A stretch of 64,000 nt of DNA from the IMG/VR virus record IMGVR_UViG_2888028904_000001, positions 22,954 to 86,953 of that record; one strand, written 5' to 3'. The DNA comes from a virus (Duplodnaviria; Caudoviricetes). Shown here piece after piece: positions 49,181 to 58,863 of the stretch (the first letter of the stretch is position 1; the number at the start of each line of letters is the position of its first letter). The notes under the pieces were generated by a model. It made no database searches. It was not told the origin of the DNA and saw nothing but the letters and a program-made list of their open reading frames with translations. The position numbers were made by a program, and so were the translations under genes.

Positions 49181-51913
49181 CTATCTCCAGTTATCATCCC
49201 ATTCTGAAGAGTAATTGAAGTAGTCATCATCCGTATGTTCGTAATTATTAATTAAGCCATTCAAATGGCGACGTTCTTTTTCGGGCCTGAATTTGACCAT
49301 TTCACGCAATGTAATTAATGCAGGCTTTATATTAGAATACCTCAATGTGAACTCTTCCAATAAAATAGAGAATTCGCAGCATTGTGCATAAAGGCACAGA
49401 GTACCACGCCACCAATCATTTTTCAGATAATGAATAATTTCTATTGAACGATTCAGCATTAATTCTAATGAGGCTAAATGCTCCTGATACCTTAGATGAC
49501 CAAAAGAAAAAGTATCGGATATTGGGTCAAAAATGAGTATATTACAAGGATCTATTAGTTCAGTAACTGCTAATGAACATGTTGATTCTTCATAATTAAA
49601 ACTAGGGTCATTAACCAAGAATGTAACAAGTTCCTGCTTGGTTGCTGCTCTTAAAGTCTTTGAGTGCATTGCGAAAGCAATCTTATGGGATGCCTTGATT
49701 AAAATACTTTGCGATAATTTTGTACGTTTAATATCTTTAAAGTTATCATAAGAACCACATAGTAATTCTAACCGTTTAGTAAAAATTTCACTTTCGCTAG
49801 ATGGTATATCTATTCCTTTTTCAGCCAAATCACATAACAGTGTTGCTAATAATGGAGTCCTGACTATGTCAGATATTTTTTTTGACTTAATATTATCAAT
49901 TATAATATCACTTAATGCTGGATTTTTATTTTTAAACCACGCTTGAATGAAACTGTAAAGCTGATTTTCACTGAAGGGCATGAGAGTAATTCCTAAAAAT
50001 TTAATTTCAGATAAATAGCTCACACAATCCCTGCTAGATATTAGTAATTGAATATTATCAAATTTATTTTTGAAGGTATTTATTGCTTCTATTATTCCAG
50101 GGAATTTTATATAGGCCTCATCTAAACCATCAAAAATAACTTTTATTCTTTTTTTATCTTGTAAATAAAGCTCAAGCTTTTCAATATTCTCACGAATAGG
50201 TTCGAGTGATTTAGAAACCAAAATCATACCCATTAAAATGTCATAGTTTTTTGATTTTGATTCAATATTCATATCAACTTTATTTAAGAATCGATTCAAA
50301 GGTAAGTATATAACTCCTCTACTTCCTTCTGACTCTAGTTTTCTTGCATACATTTGAAGTGTTGTTGTTTTTCCAGCACCAGCACTGCCATATACGGCTA
50401 TATCATGCTGACAATCGAAAAGTCTGAAAGGTGATGTCGAGAGACCATCTATAGCCCCCATACTATCTATAATTATTTCTTTTAAAAAAATTTTTTCACT
50501 ATTTTCTAGCTTATTTACAAGTATATCAAGAGCATTTAATGTAACCTGCGTATCATTAAGAAACCGAAAAATATCAACACTACTATTACCAGAATTTATA
50601 GCATGTATATCAAGTTTATATTTTTTGCATCTTTCATTTAACCATAAGTTAATCAACTCACTGTTGAACGCATATTCAATCTTAGGTTCTTCTTTATACT
50701 CGTTTCTCAATTTATATATTTCGATAGTTTGCAACTGAGAGATCTTAGATTTTTTTAAACATTCCACTATTCTAGGCAATAGACTTTTCGGATTTGCTTT
50801 TGCAAGATCTTGGATTTTATTTAAGTTTATAAAGCTAGTAAAATCATCGTTCGCTTTTTCTTGAAAGTTTTTCTCTAAACATTCTTTTAAGTGTGTAATG
50901 CTGTTAGTCATTAGAGCAATATTTAAATTCTCTAATTTATTATATGCAACTATATTATTAATGCTTGCCTCTAATTCTGAAATTACTTCTCTTATAAAGG
51001 ATATATTCCCAGCTAACAACTGATTAGCTTGTTCTATACTATTCTTAATATCTCGATTCTTTTTGGATGTAAAAATACTCAGTTCATCTTTGTATTTTTT
51101 CAGTATCGTAGAAGCATCCTGAGTTAGAGGTTCGATAGTAGTCAATGACTTCAAGGGATTATACACTGTTCGTTCAAACCATTCCCATTTACTTGGGATA
51201 ACATGAAATTTATCTGGCTTGATAGTAAATCGACTGTTTAGTAAAACGTTGCTATCGATAGTTCCCATGAAAAATGCAAGATCGCTATAACAATCAAGCT
51301 CGTGTATCGAATCTTGTTGATTTAAAGCAGACATTAATTCAACATTACATAATTGTTTTGCGTCTTGTGTACTGAATATATCTTCTACAGAAAGTAGAGA
51401 CTCCAGCAATGTTGGCTTATGTTTTTTTAACAAGTTAATAACTAATGGACCATCCAATATTTCGATTTTTTTTCCATTTATTTTTAGCATTCCATGAATT
51501 TCATCAATTAAACGAATGCTTATTTGGTATGGACTTGCTAGATATACTTGATCGGGAATGACTTCCTCTCCATTATGCAACTTGATAGGGTTTGTGAAAC
51601 ATTGCCTTAATTGAAAAACAAGATCTCCAAGAATTGCTTTCTCCGATGTGCTAGATTCTTCACCAATCTTTTTTGATTGGATAGCGTAACTCATAGTTTT
51701 GTTCACAGGTACTTCAACAAACGCTATCAAATCTTTTCCTGATTCATAAGGGCCTCCGTAGAAGTCAACACGGTAAAAACCCATAGATTCAAATAATGGT
51801 TTGATTAGATATTTAGAGAAATCGTCCTCTTTCATTTTTTGCATAGCTTTCAGATAAACCTGCTGGCTAGTATCTTCCATATTAATATTCTCTGTAGTTT
51901 TCGATGTGCTCAA
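49181..51913 (-). CDS. Restriction-endonuclease-like domain plus NACHT/STAND NTPase (putative anti-phage protein)
   Basis: N-terminal GPYESGKDL...AIQSK; Walker A GSAGAGKTT; Walker B VIFDGLDE; SSR and TPLLA. Confidence 0.8.
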   Translation of the reverse strand: MSTSKTTENINMEDTSQQVYLKAMQKMKEDDFSKYLIKPLFESMGFYRVDFYGGPYESGKDLIAFVEVPVNKTMSYAIQSKKIGEESSTSEKAILGDLVFQLRQCFTNPIKLHNGEEVIPDQVYLASPYQISIRLIDEIHGMLKINGKKIEILDGPLVINLLKKHKPTLLESLLSVEDIFSTQDAKQLCNVELMSALNQQDSIHELDCYSDLAFFMGTIDSNVLLNSRFTIKPDKFHVIPSKWEWFERTVYNPLKSLTTIEPLTQDASTILKKYKDELSIFTSKKNRDIKNSIEQANQLLAGNISFIREVISELEASINNIVAYNKLENLNIALMTNSITHLKECLEKNFQEKANDDFTSFINLNKIQDLAKANPKSLLPRIVECLKKSKISQLQTIEIYKLRNEYKEEPKIEYAFNSELINLWLNERCKKYKLDIHAINSGNSSVDIFRFLNDTQVTLNALDILVNKLENSEKIFLKEIIIDSMGAIDGLSTSPFRLFDCQHDIAVYGSAGAGKTTTLQMYARKLESEGSRGVIYLPLNRFLNKVDMNIESKSKNYDILMGMILVSKSLEPIRENIEKLELYLQDKKRIKVIFDGLDEAYIKFPGIIEAINTFKNKFDNIQLLISSRDCVSYLSEIKFLGITLMPFSENQLYSFIQAWFKNKNPALSDIIIDNIKSKKISDIVRTPLLATLLCDLAEKGIDIPSSESEIFTKRLELLCGSYDNFKDIKRTKLSQSILIKASHKIAFAMHSKTLRAATKQELVTFLVNDPSFNYEESTCSLAVTELIDPCNILIFDPISDTFSFGHLRYQEHLASLELMLNRSIEIIHYLKNDWWRGTLCLYAQCCEFSILLEEFTLRYSNIKPALITLREMVKFRPEKERRHLNGLINNYEHTDDDYFNYSSEWDDNWR

Positions 51914-52613
51914 TAATTATCATATTAATCATAGAGTAAACTAATGGTCTATATATTTATGTGAGGTGAATAGACAATTAAATGTATACTTTGAAAAGTA
52001 GACTCTCTTCGGTACGTTTTGCTATACGATGATCTCCGATTTTTTCACGTAGCATGCCGGTGAGTTTTCAACTGAACTAAAGCTTTATATGATACTGATG
52101 ATTGATTAATCTCAGGACTCCAATCCACTTTTAGGAGCACTTCTTTCTGATCTGACACCATTCTCTGCCAGCGAGATACACCGTGAATCTGGCTTTGATC
52201 TATCTGCTCTTCCTAATTCAATTGCAGTCGGTAGACCATGGCCTCGTTCCTAGGGATGCTAGGTGTCAGAAGCGTTGACATCTGCAACTGGGGTAGCTTG
52301 TCACTGATATTATTCATGGGGGAATTAGTGAACTACTGTGTGATACCACCCATTGTTAACACCTATCTATTTGTCCTCAAGGGGGAGAAAGAAAGCTTGA
52401 ATGCTCGTCTCATGGGGGCGATCCGCTATGAGCGAAGAGCAGGCGTTAAGTTACATCCGCAAACAGTGAATTAAATGTTATCTCATGTTATTAATGAAAT
52501 GTGATCGCTTCATGGATTACATGTAGATATGATTTAAACCCAATTAAAGGCTCGTTTCTTTAGCGTAAACTGACGAATAGATAACCAAACAAGAATTATA
52601 AAGGAACTATTGA

Positions 52614-53582
52614 ATGATTAGCAATTATAGAAGGCTTAAGTTTGAACTATGGGAGAAGTTTAAGCATCAATGTGCTTACTGTGGCACTAGACTTTATGAA
52701 CCATTGATGGCGGATGTTGAGCACTTTTTCCCAAAATCAAAGTATCCGGACTTTCTGGAAAATACAGATAATCTGCTCATCGTTTGTAGAGCGTGTAACA
52801 TGATTAAACGAGATCAGTTTCCTCTCGATGAGAATGGTAAACCATTACTCCTAAATCCTGTGAGTGAAAGTTTTTCAGAACATATAAAACAAAATAAAAA
52901 TGGATATTTAGAAGGTTTAACTGAGCGAGGGCATGCGACTATAAAGGTATTGCAGTTGAATAGGCCTTCATTAATCGAACAACGTATTCTAGATGTTATT
53001 GATATGCAGTTTGCTGATGATCGAACTCTATCTGGACACGATGTCTATATGACATTCAAAAAAAGTATGCTGAATGCCATAAAACTTAATGATGCTCAGT
53101 TACAAATTGATAGTGTTTTACAAGTACAAATGATTTATATGCTGTATGCCAATATAATAACATCTTTGGAAACATATTTATGTGATCGTTTTATTTCCTT
53201 GATCCATGGTAGTCAAGCGAACTTAAGAAGTTTTGTTGAAAATTTTAAAGATTACAATCAAGAAAAGTTCTTACTTTCGGAGTTATTTATAAAACATGAA
53301 GAAATAGAATCTAAAGCGATAGAGTCTATGAAGAGTGTTCTTTATCATGATCTACCAAAAGTAAGTGGCATGTATCGAGATACTTTTGGTATTAGATTTC
53401 CTATATTCGCAGATGTTTATAAAAGCGTGTTAATCAGGCATGACTTAGTTCATCGAGCAGGTAAAACAAAAGATGGAAATTTTCATGAATTAAATGCAGA
53501 GTCAGTTAAAGAGGTTGTTAAAAAATGCTTTGACTTGGTTGAACAATTAGAAAAAGAGCTTAAAGATTGTACAAAATTCTAG
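52614..53582 (+). CDS. HNH endonuclease-HEPN fusion protein
   Basis: CAYCG...VEHFFPK...CRACN.IK (HNH); ITSLETYL and RHDLVH (HEPN). Confidence 0.8.
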   Translation: MISNYRRLKFELWEKFKHQCAYCGTRLYEPLMADVEHFFPKSKYPDFLENTDNLLIVCRACNMIKRDQFPLDENGKPLLLNPVSESFSEHIKQNKNGYLEGLTERGHATIKVLQLNRPSLIEQRILDVIDMQFADDRTLSGHDVYMTFKKSMLNAIKLNDAQLQIDSVLQVQMIYMLYANIITSLETYLCDRFISLIHGSQANLRSFVENFKDYNQEKFLLSELFIKHEEIESKAIESMKSVLYHDLPKVSGMYRDTFGIRFPIFADVYKSVLIRHDLVHRAGKTKDGNFHELNAESVKEVVKKCFDLVEQLEKELKDCTKF

Positions 53583-53602
53583 GTGGTTGCCACCATATCA
53601 AA

Positions 53603-53624
53603 GGTGACCGCGCTAGCGGTCACC
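53603..53624. terminator. Hairpin after HNH-HEPN gene
   Basis: GGTGACCGC-gcta-GCGGTCACC 9-bp stem. Confidence 0.6.
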
Positions 53625-53903
53625 AAAAGTAATAAACTATTCATTCTCATTTTAATCGTCCTTAATCAATATATTTTTGTTTATTCAAATTGAACTGCTT
53701 CTGGCACTAAAGTACCCTCAAACAGCTCTCAAAGGTCAGGTTTGAGCGAACAGAAAACGTTCAACTTATTCAACAATGGTCTGCATAGCTTATAAAAGAC
53801 AAACAATAATTTACCTATTATTCTATAGAGTATTTATATACATTGAATTATTAATTTAGCTTGTTATTAAACATCCATAAGCTAAACGTATATAATAAAT
53901 TTA

Positions 53904-55205
53904 TTATTTATCTTCTTGCATATAGCTCAGCCATTGATTGAATAATTCATTTCTTTCATCATCAGGTAGATCTTCAACTTCAGGACAATCACAACCGATT
54001 ACTTTTACAGGACCATTTGATGTAAATATATATTTTGGATCACCTGATAAAGCATACAGTGTGAATGAGCTGCCACATGACTTGCAGCTATATTTATAAC
54101 TTTCATGTGGTGGTTTTATTATATTTACTCTCCCACACACACAAGGCAATACCATATCTTTATCTGAACCAATTAAGCCATCCTTGATGAAAAAATAATA
54201 TAGTGAGTTTCTGGATTTAATTTTCATTTTTATTACAGAGGACATTGTTGTCATTGTTAATTTAAATTTATCATATGACTCTTTTTTAAGTATCTTTTTC
54301 AGGCAAACAAGGATTGACGGTGTATATATTCCAATTAAAGCCCAGCAAGCTGTTTCTAAGAGTTCATACTTTATTTCACTAAAATTTTCCATGCTTAGTA
54401 GGTAAGGCCGTTCTTTCTCATCACAAAAAACAACATCTACAGCATCAGAACTTGTAAACAACGTGGATGTATAACCAATATGAGTGAATTCAGATGAGAA
54501 CTTGAATATGTTCTTCAGATCATCAGATAGGGAGTCTTTAGGAAATACGCCCAAAATGCTTTTGATATGATCGACTTTACTACCAAATGTAGTATGTGCG
54601 CATTGCGTAATTGATGAATTTTTCCATTGATTGTAAGGCAAGCTTTCAAACTCAGTGAGTGCCAATCTCAAGTCATCATTAAACATTGTATTTGAAATAG
54701 ACTTTGAAGCATATTTATTAAAACTATTCAATGAAACTAAGACATGATAATTTATATTTTTAGGTTCTAATAAGCAAAGTTGATATGAATCTGAAATTAA
54801 ACTATCGACCAACTGTCTGGATGCAGTTATTAATTCATTATAATGAGTGAATTTTTTTGCTTGCATATGGATGTTGTCCATATCGACACCCTCTCTAACA
54901 TCTGACTCAGTCAGATTTGAGAACTTTTCGAAAACCACAATACTATTTTTCACTATTCTACTAACAATTGGAAGTATTGAATTTAAATCCTTGTCTGATT
55001 TGTATTCTTCATTTAATGATGCATCACTTTCAAACTCTTCACTTATTTTTTTTTGGGTCTCATTCAATAGTTGTAAGTAGGATTTAAAGGCTGTGTTGAG
55101 ATAATTTATATTGTTGCATAAGACATTATAATCACTTAAAGCGGATGAGTTTTTTTTATTTGTTAAGTTGCTTGATATTATTTTTAAAATCTCTATCTCT
55201 GTCAT
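53904..55205 (-). CDS. Hypothetical 433-aa protein with C-terminal Zn-ribbon
   Basis: Helical body, FKFSSEFTH, CVCG...CKSCG; AAGGA RBS. Confidence 0.7.
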   Translation of the reverse strand: MTEIEILKIISSNLTNKKNSSALSDYNVLCNNINYLNTAFKSYLQLLNETQKKISEEFESDASLNEEYKSDKDLNSILPIVSRIVKNSIVVFEKFSNLTESDVREGVDMDNIHMQAKKFTHYNELITASRQLVDSLISDSYQLCLLEPKNINYHVLVSLNSFNKYASKSISNTMFNDDLRLALTEFESLPYNQWKNSSITQCAHTTFGSKVDHIKSILGVFPKDSLSDDLKNIFKFSSEFTHIGYTSTLFTSSDAVDVVFCDEKERPYLLSMENFSEIKYELLETACWALIGIYTPSILVCLKKILKKESYDKFKLTMTTMSSVIKMKIKSRNSLYYFFIKDGLIGSDKDMVLPCVCGRVNIIKPPHESYKYSCKSCGSSFTLYALSGDPKYIFTSNGPVKVIGCDCPEVEDLPDDERNELFNQWLSYMQEDK

Positions 55206-55659
55206 GGTATATCCTTTCCGAAATATTAAATGTAAAAAATACAGGCATCATAAGTTAATATATGACATTTAAGCACAAGTGAAATAAATTAAGTAAGAAT
55301 TTTGAGTGATTAAGAAAAGAGTTGTTGAATAGATAAATATTATACTGCGAATCAACAAAGGAAGAAGAAAATTATACTGAAAAATCAGCAGGTTAATTTC
55401 TAGATTGGCAATGAGATGAAAGTTCAACAAGCATCCTTGGCTAAAAAAGTATCATTACTTATTATTAGTCGCTAGGATACTGTAATGCGCTGACCTGCAC
55501 CTCATAGAACAAGGTTGCAGGATACTCTAAACGTCCACCTTTGGCACAAAACAGCCCTTCAAGGACACGTAAGAATAACTAATAGGCACGCATAAATCTA
55601 ATATTCAGTTGGTATTAGATTTATATAAAACAGTTTATATCGCAGAAACCGATTTAGAA

Positions 55660-56146
55660 TACTGAGTATTATTACACCAATCCAAAATACTTCAACTACA
55701 CCATCCCATAAGCTTCCACAACATCATCTTTATTCGCATATTTAGTAATAAATATCTAATACGCATCATCAAACGAAAATCGTTTCTTATAGAAAAAATA
55801 ACCTGCTAAAGGATGCTTTTTATCGCTATATATTGGTGAAGCAGGGCAGTGATATTTTTTATCCATCCAAGGTACAAACTGCTCAACAGTTAAATCGAAA
55901 ATCTTTTTATCAACTTCAAGCCAGTAATGATGATTATCATCTTTACGAGAACTACCTATTAACAATAGTAACTTCAGCATTGGGATGTAAATCGAGGATG
56001 AGTTTACCTAATAGGATTGAAGCACCTTGGCAACAATTTAGAGGATAAGTACAGAAAAATGGCAAATCCATTCGCGCATAGCATTGTTGCAAAATAGCGT
56101 GTAATAACTTAGCGACCTCAATATATTTTTTATTCATTGTACTCAA
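55660..56146 (-). pseudogene. Frameshifted papain/transglutaminase-like (Cys-His-Asp) gene
   Basis: YPLNCCQGAS in one frame, HHYWLEV..KIFDLT.EQF in another; in-frame stop after FDDAY; 3' end approximate. Confidence 0.55.
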
Positions 56147-56302
56147 CCTTTACAAATTAACTTTGTACTTAAGGTAGCAAAGTTAAGTTACAAGCGTGAT
56201 TAATATAAATTGTTTAATTAACCCTACAAAACTAAAAATAAGAAAATAATGAATGAAATATACCCTACAAATTAATAAAGTAAGTGATAATTTAGGTGTT
56301 AC

Positions 56303-56466
56303 TGCTACGCCACATGGGTTGGACAGAAGCCGCTGACTTAATCATTAAAGGTATGGAAGGCGCGATTGCTGCTAAGACTGTCACTTATGATTTCGAACGT
56401 CAGTTAGAAGGCGCTAAACTGCTGAAATGTAGCGAGTTTGGTGACGCGATTATCAAGCATATGTAA
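56303..56466 (+). repeat. icd: icd 3'-end duplicate (att junction between elements 2 and 3)
   Basis: Same peptide as 19464-19627; 5 synonymous differences. Confidence 0.92.
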
Positions 56467-56488
56467 TTGTTGATTTGATAAATAGTTA

Positions 56489-56515
56489 ACGGGAGCTTAT
56501 TAGTTCCCGTTTTTT
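56489..56515 (+). terminator. Terminator after icd 3' copy
   Basis: ACGGGAGC-ttatta-GTTCCCGT plus T-tract. Confidence 0.7.
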
Positions 56516-56534
56516 ATTGTCAATCTTGAAACGG

Positions 56535-56567
56535 TTATCAAAAAGTTATCAAAACGAATTATCAAAA
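56535..56567 (+). repeat. Three TTATCAAAA direct repeats (putative Int arm-type sites)
   Basis: Copies at 56535, 56546 and 56559, between att core and int stop, arranged like lambda P'1-3. Confidence 0.6.
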
Positions 56568-56586
56568 CCACCTGAAATTTGGGCAA

Positions 56587-57690
56587 TTAAATCACGATTT
56601 TTATCCAATCTTTTCCTCGATCATCATGGTATTTATCTGTTTGAATTTGGTTTTTATGACCGAGTAAATCTTTAGTGTTTATACCTTGTGCTCTATATAA
56701 CCTTTCAGATAAAGATCGTTGTTCGTGAAATGTTGCAGGTGTTCCTTCTCCCCAATCAATATCTGTTTTGTTGCTCGCTTTTTTAAAGTTAGTCGTTAGC
56801 GTATTTGGCGTAACTTGTTCACCACGTTTAGATTGTGAAGTGGTATGAAAATAATGAATAAGATAAGGGCTAATAACGCGATCACGACAACGAGCAATAA
56901 CATCACGTAATGACATATTTAATTGCTCAGAACGTAGTGATAATGGAATAGCTAATTTGGTGCCCGTTTTTTCTTGAGTAATATGCAAATGATCATCCCA
57001 AATATCACCTAATTGTTGCCCAGTAATAAGTGCAAGCAACATCGCGTTCCCGACATAACGATGTTGTTTATCAGCAATCTCAAATATCTTTTTCCATTCA
57101 TCAAAATTAAGGCGTTGGCGAGTTACTTTTCGTTTCGGTTGTTTAGTGGCAAGGGCTGGGTTGTAACCAGGAGGAACTTCACCTGCATGTTGTGCTTCTT
57201 TAAATACATCAATTAAAACAGAGCGAATAACTTGTGCCATTCTGTGTTGGTCATTAGATTTATATTCATCCAGAATTTCAGCAATATCTCTGGCATCAAC
57301 AGCGGGTAATGGTTTCATGGATAAGGTTTGCCTCATTAAATCAACTGGCTTCCTTTTTTGTTTATAAGTATTCGGCTTTATATCACCTTCTTTTAAACGC
57401 TCTTCTTGAATAACCCAGTATTTATCTAGCCAAGTATTAACCGTGATTTCTTTACTTTTTATTTTTGCCACCCGATCACCAATAGCCATAACTTGTCGGC
57501 TACGTTGTTCCGCTAACCTTGTGTTAGCTTCAATGGCTATTGCTTTCGCCTCGGCTTCATTGTCACCGAGGGCATGATATTTACCTGTTACAGGATGGCG
57601 GTAACGCCAATAAACCTTGTTAGCTTTACGACTAAATAAAGGGTAAAGATTTGGAATATTGACGTTATTTTTACGAGGTCTGGCAGTCAT
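56587..57690 (-). pseudogene. int: Integrase, probably inactive
   Basis: Paralogue of 19931-21058, but GQR>GQQ at the catalytic Arg and an 8-aa deletion (GQQLGDIWDDH); no xis upstream. Confidence 0.8.
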
Positions 57691-57928
57691 CTTTGAGCCT
57701 CGCTTTTTGCGAGGTTTTGTTTTTTTATATATATAATTTTTAATTATTAATTAAAAAATTTGTTGGAAGTTTTTTGTTTTCATTGATTGTTTGTTTATAT
57801 TTAAGATAAAATTTATCGTTATCCTATAAGCATAAATCTGCAGTATTTAACTAATAATTAAAATAATAAACAGGTATTCTTATCTCTACTATACTCATAA
57901 TATTCAATTTATAGAGCGAGTATATATA

Positions 57929-58450
57929 ATGATTGATTTGTTTAAATTAACGAAAAAAAGTTCTAGGCATATTGGTATAGCAATATACGTTGGTATTATA
58001 GCGGGTATCTTTTCAGCTTTAGTAAAATCTGGTTTTGAAGACCTAATTCCACCGAGAACACTTGAAACGACACCACCTCCAGTCGTCTTATTAGAAAAGC
58101 TAGGATTAAATATAGATACTATGACTTATCATTGGATGGGGTATAGTATTAATTGGGGCGGTAATGGTGTTCATATATTATTCTCAATAGTTATCGCTGT
58201 GATATATTGTGTTATTGCTGAATACTTACCAAAGGTTAAATTATTACACGGTATTTGTTTTGGTATTGGTGTTTCTGTTTTTGCTCATGGCTTAGTTGTA
58301 CCATTATTAGGGCTATCTAGCTGGCTTTGGACAGCAGGTTATCAAGCATTAGTTTCTGAGTTTGTCGGAACCGCTTTTTGGATCTGGTCAATTGAAGCGA
58401 TTAGACAAAATTTGCGTTATTGTTTAACTAAAGAAAAAGATGCTGAGTAG
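57929..58450 (+). CDS. yagU: YagU/DUF1440-family inner membrane protein
   Basis: GIIAGIFSALVK, HILFSIV, WIWSIEAIR. Confidence 0.85.
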   Translation: MIDLFKLTKKSSRHIGIAIYVGIIAGIFSALVKSGFEDLIPPRTLETTPPPVVLLEKLGLNIDTMTYHWMGYSINWGGNGVHILFSIVIAVIYCVIAEYLPKVKLLHGICFGIGVSVFAHGLVVPLLGLSSWLWTAGYQALVSEFVGTAFWIWSIEAIRQNLRYCLTKEKDAE

Positions 58451-58487
58451 ATAAGGAAGTTCAACCTTAATCTGTTATAAATCTCTT

Positions 58488-58512
58488 AAAGATCGCCTAG
58501 GCGGTCTTTTTT
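58488..58512 (+). terminator. Rho-independent terminator (near-identical to 60375-60398)
   Basis: AAAGATCGC-ctag-GCGGTCTTT plus T-tract. Confidence 0.7.
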
Positions 58513-58599
58513 ATTATTTAAAAATAAGACTTGCTGTTCTCTTTGGTCAGAGTTACATGTGTAGTTATGCACAATAACTCATCAGAGGTATAAAATATC

Positions 58600-58790
58600 A
58601 TGTTAAAACAGAGTGATATGACAATGCAGGCAAGTTGTGTACTTCAATCTCAAAAAGTGATTGGCAAACAGTACAAGCAATTTTAAATCAAACTGGACTA
58701 AGTAATGAAAATTGTGAGTTTCTATTAACTCAGTTTGAAATAGCAGGGTTTGTCGCAAAGCAAGGAAATAGCTATATGCGTACAGCCTAA
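58600..58790 (+). pseudogene. Frameshifted homologue of 25499-25705
   Basis: MLKQSDMT start and CEFLLTQFEIAG in different frames. Confidence 0.6.
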
Positions 58791-58863
58791 AAAATATAAA
58801 GAATTTATAAAGCTGGTGGCTTAACAGTCATCGGCTTTTTTATTGCGTAGAAAAGCACTTCTG

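Larger units (their letters stand above)
19464..56466. mobile_element. Element 2: defective lambdoid prophage (~37 kb) bounded by icd 3' direct repeats
   Basis: Int/Xis beside left repeat; CI, Rep, Q, lysis, cos, terS, tail; no portal, capsid or tail tube. Confidence 0.85.

Noticed and set aside
52238-52474. 78-aa ORF
   Set aside because: No motif or clear RBS; it overlaps the degenerate intergenic repeat and is probably spurious.
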